Below, piece after piece: positions 60,228 to 64,000 of a stretch of DNA of 64,000 bases. A program made the translations under genes and the position numbers. Location: positions 474,544-538,543 of the forward strand of contig JACPWO010000001.1 of NCBI GenBank assembly GCA_016197005.1, given 5' to 3'. Source of the stretch: Candidatus Anderseniibacteriota bacterium (lineage in GTDB: Bacteria > Patescibacteriota > Andersenbacteria > UBA10190). The notes under the pieces are model-generated. The model had not been told where the DNA came from, did not search any database, and saw only the letters and a program-made list of their open reading frames with translations. The first letter of the stretch is position 1; every line of letters begins with the position of its first letter.

Positions 60228-60977
60228 TTACACCATCGGAACGTTGCCGGATACATGATACCAACGACGCAGGAGATACTGCTGAGCTGCTCCAAAGACA
60301 GTGGTCACAAACCAATAGAGAGCAAGAGCCGCTGGTAATCGCAAAGAGATAAATACGGTCATAGCCGGAAATATATAGGCCATATTCTTTTGCATGCTAT
60401 TCGTAACTGCAGCTGCATCATCATCGGCTGTCATCTGGGGAGGAGTGGGTGCCAGAAATTTCATCTGCGCAAATTGGGCAACGCCAGCCAGTATACCCAA
60501 TACCAGACTAGGCTGAGTTAAATTAATACCAAAGAACAAATTGTGTATGTCACCAGGAAACGGCACAAAGCTATAAAGCATTGATTGTATTTCAGGAGTA
60601 AGACCAGCTAAGAACACTCGGTACAGCGCAATCAAAATCGGGAGTTGCACCAACAGGGGCAAACAACCAGCCGCGGGATTAATACCGCTTTCACGGTAGA
60701 GACGCATGGTTTCCTCGGCTTGTTTTGCCTTGTCGTCTTTATGTTGTTCTTTGATGTGCTTGAGCCTGCCTTGAACAGCAGCCATCTTTGTTTGTTGCTG
60801 ACTGGCTCGCTTTACCTGATGTAAAGAAGACGGCAGAAGAATGAGGCGAACAATAAAAGTTACCACGATGATTGCCCACCCGACCGAGTGAGCAGGGATG
60901 ATGTTTGTTGTACCGACCAAGAGGTTCAGAAGCGGGCGAAACAGCCCTTCGGTATATACCAAAATAATAGGATTCAT
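60228..60977 (-). CDS. yidC: Membrane protein insertase YidC (short, Gram-positive-type)
   Basis: YidC/Oxa1 5-TM core; rnpA-yidD-yidC-jag synteny. Confidence 0.85.
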   Translation of the reverse strand: MNPIILVYTEGLFRPLLNLLVGTTNIIPAHSVGWAIIVVTFIVRLILLPSSLHQVKRASQQQTKMAAVQGRLKHIKEQHKDDKAKQAEETMRLYRESGINPAAGCLPLLVQLPILIALYRVFLAGLTPEIQSMLYSFVPFPGDIHNLFFGINLTQPSLVLGILAGVAQFAQMKFLAPTPPQMTADDDAAAVTNSMQKNMAYIFPAMTVFISLRLPAALALYWFVTTVFGAAQQYLLRRWYHVSGNVPMV

Positions 60978-61225
60978 ACTTTTGCGGACTTAAAAGCGGG
61001 AACATCATCACGACCACCTACTGCAAATGGATGACAGCGCAGAATACGCAATGCACCCAGTTTTAACCCTCGCCAGCCGTGGTGACGAAGGGCAAGCGCC
61101 ATGTACTGCGAGCAGGTTGGCTCGTATCTGCACACCCCGTGTGGAAAAAATATTTTCAACCAACCGTGATCAGGGGAAAGCGTGTGTTGATATATCGCAA
61201 TGAGTTTAAGGAGAATACGAATCAT
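60974..61225 (-). CDS. yidD: Membrane protein insertion efficiency factor YidD
   Basis: Conserved CRYEPTCSQY and HPFAVGG motifs. Confidence 0.85.
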   Translation of the reverse strand: MIRILLKLIAIYQHTLSPDHGWLKIFFPHGVCRYEPTCSQYMALALRHHGWRGLKLGALRILRCHPFAVGGRDDVPAFKSAKV

Positions 61226-61569
61226 TTTTTGGAGGTTAATAATTTTAAAAGTGGCTGCGCCTCTTCCATTATTTCGGCCAAGCTTGTAAGACGAGCGAGG
61301 GAAGGCTGAGCCACTACTACCATATCATAGCCGATTGGTGCTTCTTTTATCACGTCACGACAAACCTCGCGAAGCCAGCGTTGATACATGTGCCGTTTCA
61401 CCGCAAGTGCATGTACTCGTTTGCCCACAACTACGGCTGCCCGGGTTGGTTCTTTATCAGAACGCTGGGCTATGCGTACGACAAAAGATCGCCCGCGTAT
61501 AAGACGGCCTTCTCGTAGGGTGCGCCGAACGTCTCCTTGTCGGTGCAGCCGATTTGAGTGCGGCAGCAC
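61222..61569 (-). CDS. rnpA: Ribonuclease P protein component
   Basis: Basic RnpA fold; synteny rpmH-rnpA. Confidence 0.85.
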   Translation of the reverse strand: MLPHSNRLHRQGDVRRTLREGRLIRGRSFVVRIAQRSDKEPTRAAVVVGKRVHALAVKRHMYQRWLREVCRDVIKEAPIGYDMVVVAQPSLARLTSLAEIMEEAQPLLKLLTSKK

Positions 61570-61578
61570 AAGCGATTC

Positions 61579-61713
61579 TTAGACAGGTGCTATTCGAGCG
61601 CGCTTCTTGGCACGACGACGATTCAATACACGAACGTGCTTGCGAGCCCGGGCTAAGAAGCCATGGCGGCGGGCGCGACGACGTTTGCTAGGCTGGTATG
61701 TTCTTTTAGGCAT
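61579..61713 (-). CDS. rpmH: 50S ribosomal protein L34
   Basis: MPKRTYQPSKRRRARRHGFLARA...RRRAKKRARI matches bL34 (44 aa); internal start of the longer ORF. Confidence 0.9.
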   Translation of the reverse strand: MPKRTYQPSKRRRARRHGFLARARKHVRVLNRRRAKKRARIAPV

Positions 61714-61922
61714 TGTCCCGATTATGGAATCAGTGCACCGAGAAGTCAACTCGAGGAGGGCTTTGTGCTGTGTAAGCTCACTTACAGTTTTTAACATGTG
61801 AAAGGGCAACTTTTTCCTTACAAGGTCAATGTTTTAATTTTGTTCGGTGAAGCTGTATGATATTCACATCTTTTCAACATGTTTTTCACATACTGCATTA
61901 TGTCGAGTGATAGGATGAACCG

Positions 61923-63305
61923 ATGACTAATGATCAGTTGTGGAAAGCTGCGCTAGGACAGTTGGAGTTACGGGTAAGTCCTGGCAATTTTCTGACTTGG
62001 TTTCGCAGTACTCGTGCTAAGGAGCGTAAGCGCTCCACCCTCGTAGTAGAAACCCAGAACCCCTTTGCCTACGAGTGGCTCTCACGAAAGTATCGCTCTC
62101 TCATTCTCGAGGTACTGAAAGACCTCGATCAATCGATTACAGATATAAAGATAATGGCTACTCCCAAGAACCATGCGGCTGCTAGTCAGCGACGCAATCT
62201 ACGTATCGTTGCTCATAAACAAAAAGTAACGCGTCCATCCCTAACTACTCCCACCAGACAAGTCACGACTGGACAATCATCCGTTATTGCCCTGAACGAA
62301 AAATATACCTTTGAATCATTTGTGGTTGGTGCTAGTAATGAAATTGCTTACGCTGCTTGCCGTGCTGTAGCCGACAAACCAGGAGCGGCATACAATCCAC
62401 TTTTTATCTACGGGGGAGTAGGACTAGGAAAAACCCACTTACTCCAGGCCATTGGTACAACTATTTTAGCTCGTAATCCCAACTCCCGAATCCTGTATGT
62501 GGCTTCAGAAAAATTCATGAATGACTTTGTGCGATCCCTGCGAGAAAAGGCCACTCAGAAATTTAAGGATTTTTACCGTAATGCAGATGTTTTAATCGTT
62601 GATGATATTCAAATCCTAGCTGGCAAAGAAAAAACACAGGAAGAATTGTTTTATACCTATAACTCCCTTCATCAGCAAAACAAACAGCTCATTATTAGCA
62701 GTGATCGACCACCATCAGCCATTCCCGCTTTCCAAGAACGTCTTTCCTCTCGGCTCGCCGCTGGAATGATTGTTGATGTTAAGAAACCAGATTTTGAAAC
62801 ACGTCTTGCAATTTTAGAAGAAAAATCTAAGCACACCAGTATCACTATTCACGGAGACGCTCTAACTTTCATTGCAAAAAACATTCAAAGTAATGTCCGA
62901 GACTTAGAAGGAGCCTTAAATCGAGTTATTGGTCACGCTGAGATCCGAAAACAAGAGGTAACAGTCGAATATGCCAAAGAAACACTCCAAGATATCTTAA
63001 CCCAATCTCAACATAAAGCTGTAGATACTAAACAAATTATTCAAACTGTTAGTACCTACTACAACCTCACATCCGATGAAATCTGTGGTAAGCGCCGTAA
63101 TAAAGAAATTGTTCGACCACGCCAAATTGCTATGTACCTCTTACGAAAAGAAAATAATATGTCCTACCCCTCTATAGGGAATTACTTTGGTGGACGAGAT
63201 CATACTACCGCCATGCATGCTTGTGAAAAGATAGAAAAACTTATTGAACGAGACGAAGAATTATCCCAGGAAATTAATTTTTTACGAGAACGCCTCTATG
63301 CATAA
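61923..63305 (+). CDS. dnaA: Chromosomal replication initiator protein DnaA
   Basis: AAA+ Walker A GGVGLGKTHLL, Walker B LIVDDIQ, C-terminal DNA-binding HTH. Confidence 0.95.
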   Translation: MTNDQLWKAALGQLELRVSPGNFLTWFRSTRAKERKRSTLVVETQNPFAYEWLSRKYRSLILEVLKDLDQSITDIKIMATPKNHAAASQRRNLRIVAHKQKVTRPSLTTPTRQVTTGQSSVIALNEKYTFESFVVGASNEIAYAACRAVADKPGAAYNPLFIYGGVGLGKTHLLQAIGTTILARNPNSRILYVASEKFMNDFVRSLREKATQKFKDFYRNADVLIVDDIQILAGKEKTQEELFYTYNSLHQQNKQLIISSDRPPSAIPAFQERLSSRLAAGMIVDVKKPDFETRLAILEEKSKHTSITIHGDALTFIAKNIQSNVRDLEGALNRVIGHAEIRKQEVTVEYAKETLQDILTQSQHKAVDTKQIIQTVSTYYNLTSDEICGKRRNKEIVRPRQIAMYLLRKENNMSYPSIGNYFGGRDHTTAMHACEKIEKLIERDEELSQEINFLRERLYA

Positions 63306-63308
63306 GGA

Positions 63309-63494
63309 GGGGATAAGTATGGGGATACATAGTCCCCAACTCACCCAAACAACAACACTTATACCCACACCAACACCAACCCAATATACTTCGCTCCACT
63401 TATCACCAATACTCCACATGTTATACCCACGTCTTTTAGGAAAACTCATACTCAATAAAACCCTTAGTAAAGATACTAAGCAACCTTATCCCCA
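63309..63494. promoter_or_regulatory. Cluster of DnaA-box-like motifs (candidate oriC) in the dnaA-dnaN intergenic region
   Basis: Five TTATNCCCA/TTATCCACA-like 9-mers at 63309-63317 (reverse), 63359-63369, 63400-63408, 63421-63430, 63486-63494, each 1-2 mismatches from TTATCCACA, in a 240-nt A+C-rich spacer. Confidence 0.55.
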
Positions 63495-63548
63495 TTATTT
63501 CTAAACACTACAACAACAATAACTAATACTTATATAGCTATACGTAGT

Positions 63549-64000
63549 ATGACGACAAAAGAATCCACTCAATTCACTTTTACCTGCACTCAAGAAAATC
63601 TTTTACGCGGTCTTCAACGAACAGCGCCAGTAGCGGGAAGAAATTCTCAGCTTCCTATCTTGGGATATATTCTTTTTCAGGCAAAGAACGGAGTTATTCA
63701 GTTAACAGCTACTGATCTTGAAGTGGGAATTATAACAACGGTTGGAGGTGGTCTAAAGGGAAGTGGGGCGGCGGCATTGCCGGCGAGGAGTGTATTTTCT
63801 TATGTACAACAACTTCCTAATACACATCCTATTGTAATTGAATATAAAGATGCGGCAGTTCATATAACCACAACTCACTACTCCGCGGCTTTTCCTACTG
63901 CTAATACTGATGACTTTCCATTATTACCAAGTGGAACAAGTAAAACAACATATTCTGTTTCTGGTAAGGATTTAAGTAGTGGGATTGATCAAGTGTTGTT
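63549..64000 (+). CDS. dnaN: DNA polymerase III beta subunit (sliding clamp), 3' partial
   Basis: N-terminal beta-clamp pattern; follows dnaA; open to window end. Confidence 0.85.
   Translation, partial: MTTKESTQFTFTCTQENLLRGLQRTAPVAGRNSQLPILGYILFQAKNGVIQLTATDLEVGIITTVGGGLKGSGAAALPARSVFSYVQQLPNTHPIVIEYKDAAVHITTTHYSAAFPTANTDDFPLLPSGTSKTTYSVSGKDLSSGIDQVL

Noticed and set aside
60228-60315. Apparent 88-nt overlap between the long jag ORF and yidC
   Set aside because: Resolved by using the internal ATG at 60192 for jag, which still encodes the KH-R3H portion; the longer N-terminus is probably not translated

Overview
Gene-dense bacterial chromosome segment. The reduced housekeeping set and the 16S sequence suggest a small-genome, Patescibacteria/CPR-like lineage; this is inference, not a database result.

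Landmarks, in order:
- Efflux-type ABC module (HlyD adaptor, ATPase, FtsX permease).
- Several tRNAs, ftsH, rnhB-rpmF-nusB-rnc, an SMC-like gene, rpsP, a KH-domain gene, a large PT-repeat surface protein, trmD.
- An unlinked rRNA locus: 16S, tRNA-Ile(GAU), then protein genes (HTH regulator, CCA-adding enzyme, membrane proteins) and an inverted tRNA-Ala, then a separately promoted 23S carrying two ORF-less group I introns, then 5S.
- prs, tRNA-Ser, infB-rbfA-nrnA-ymdB-hup, tRNA-Pro, tRNA-Gly, an M23/LysM peptidase, pcrA/uvrD, rsmA.
- A ~14.5 kb co-directional block of secreted/membrane hypothetical proteins, including three tandem paralogs with Asp-rich calcium-binding-type repeats, ending in a type IV secretion-like module (VirB6-like polytopic protein, VirB4-like ATPase with a DEAW Walker B, pilin-like protein, small 2-TM proteins). 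This block is the best candidate for a poorly described system.
- A minus-strand glycosyltransferase/Wzx/polytopic-membrane surface-polysaccharide cluster.
- The replication origin region: jag-yidC-yidD-rnpA-rpmH on the minus strand, dnaA-dnaN on the plus strand, with a DnaA-box-like cluster between dnaA and dnaN.

No transposase, integrase or CRISPR array was seen.
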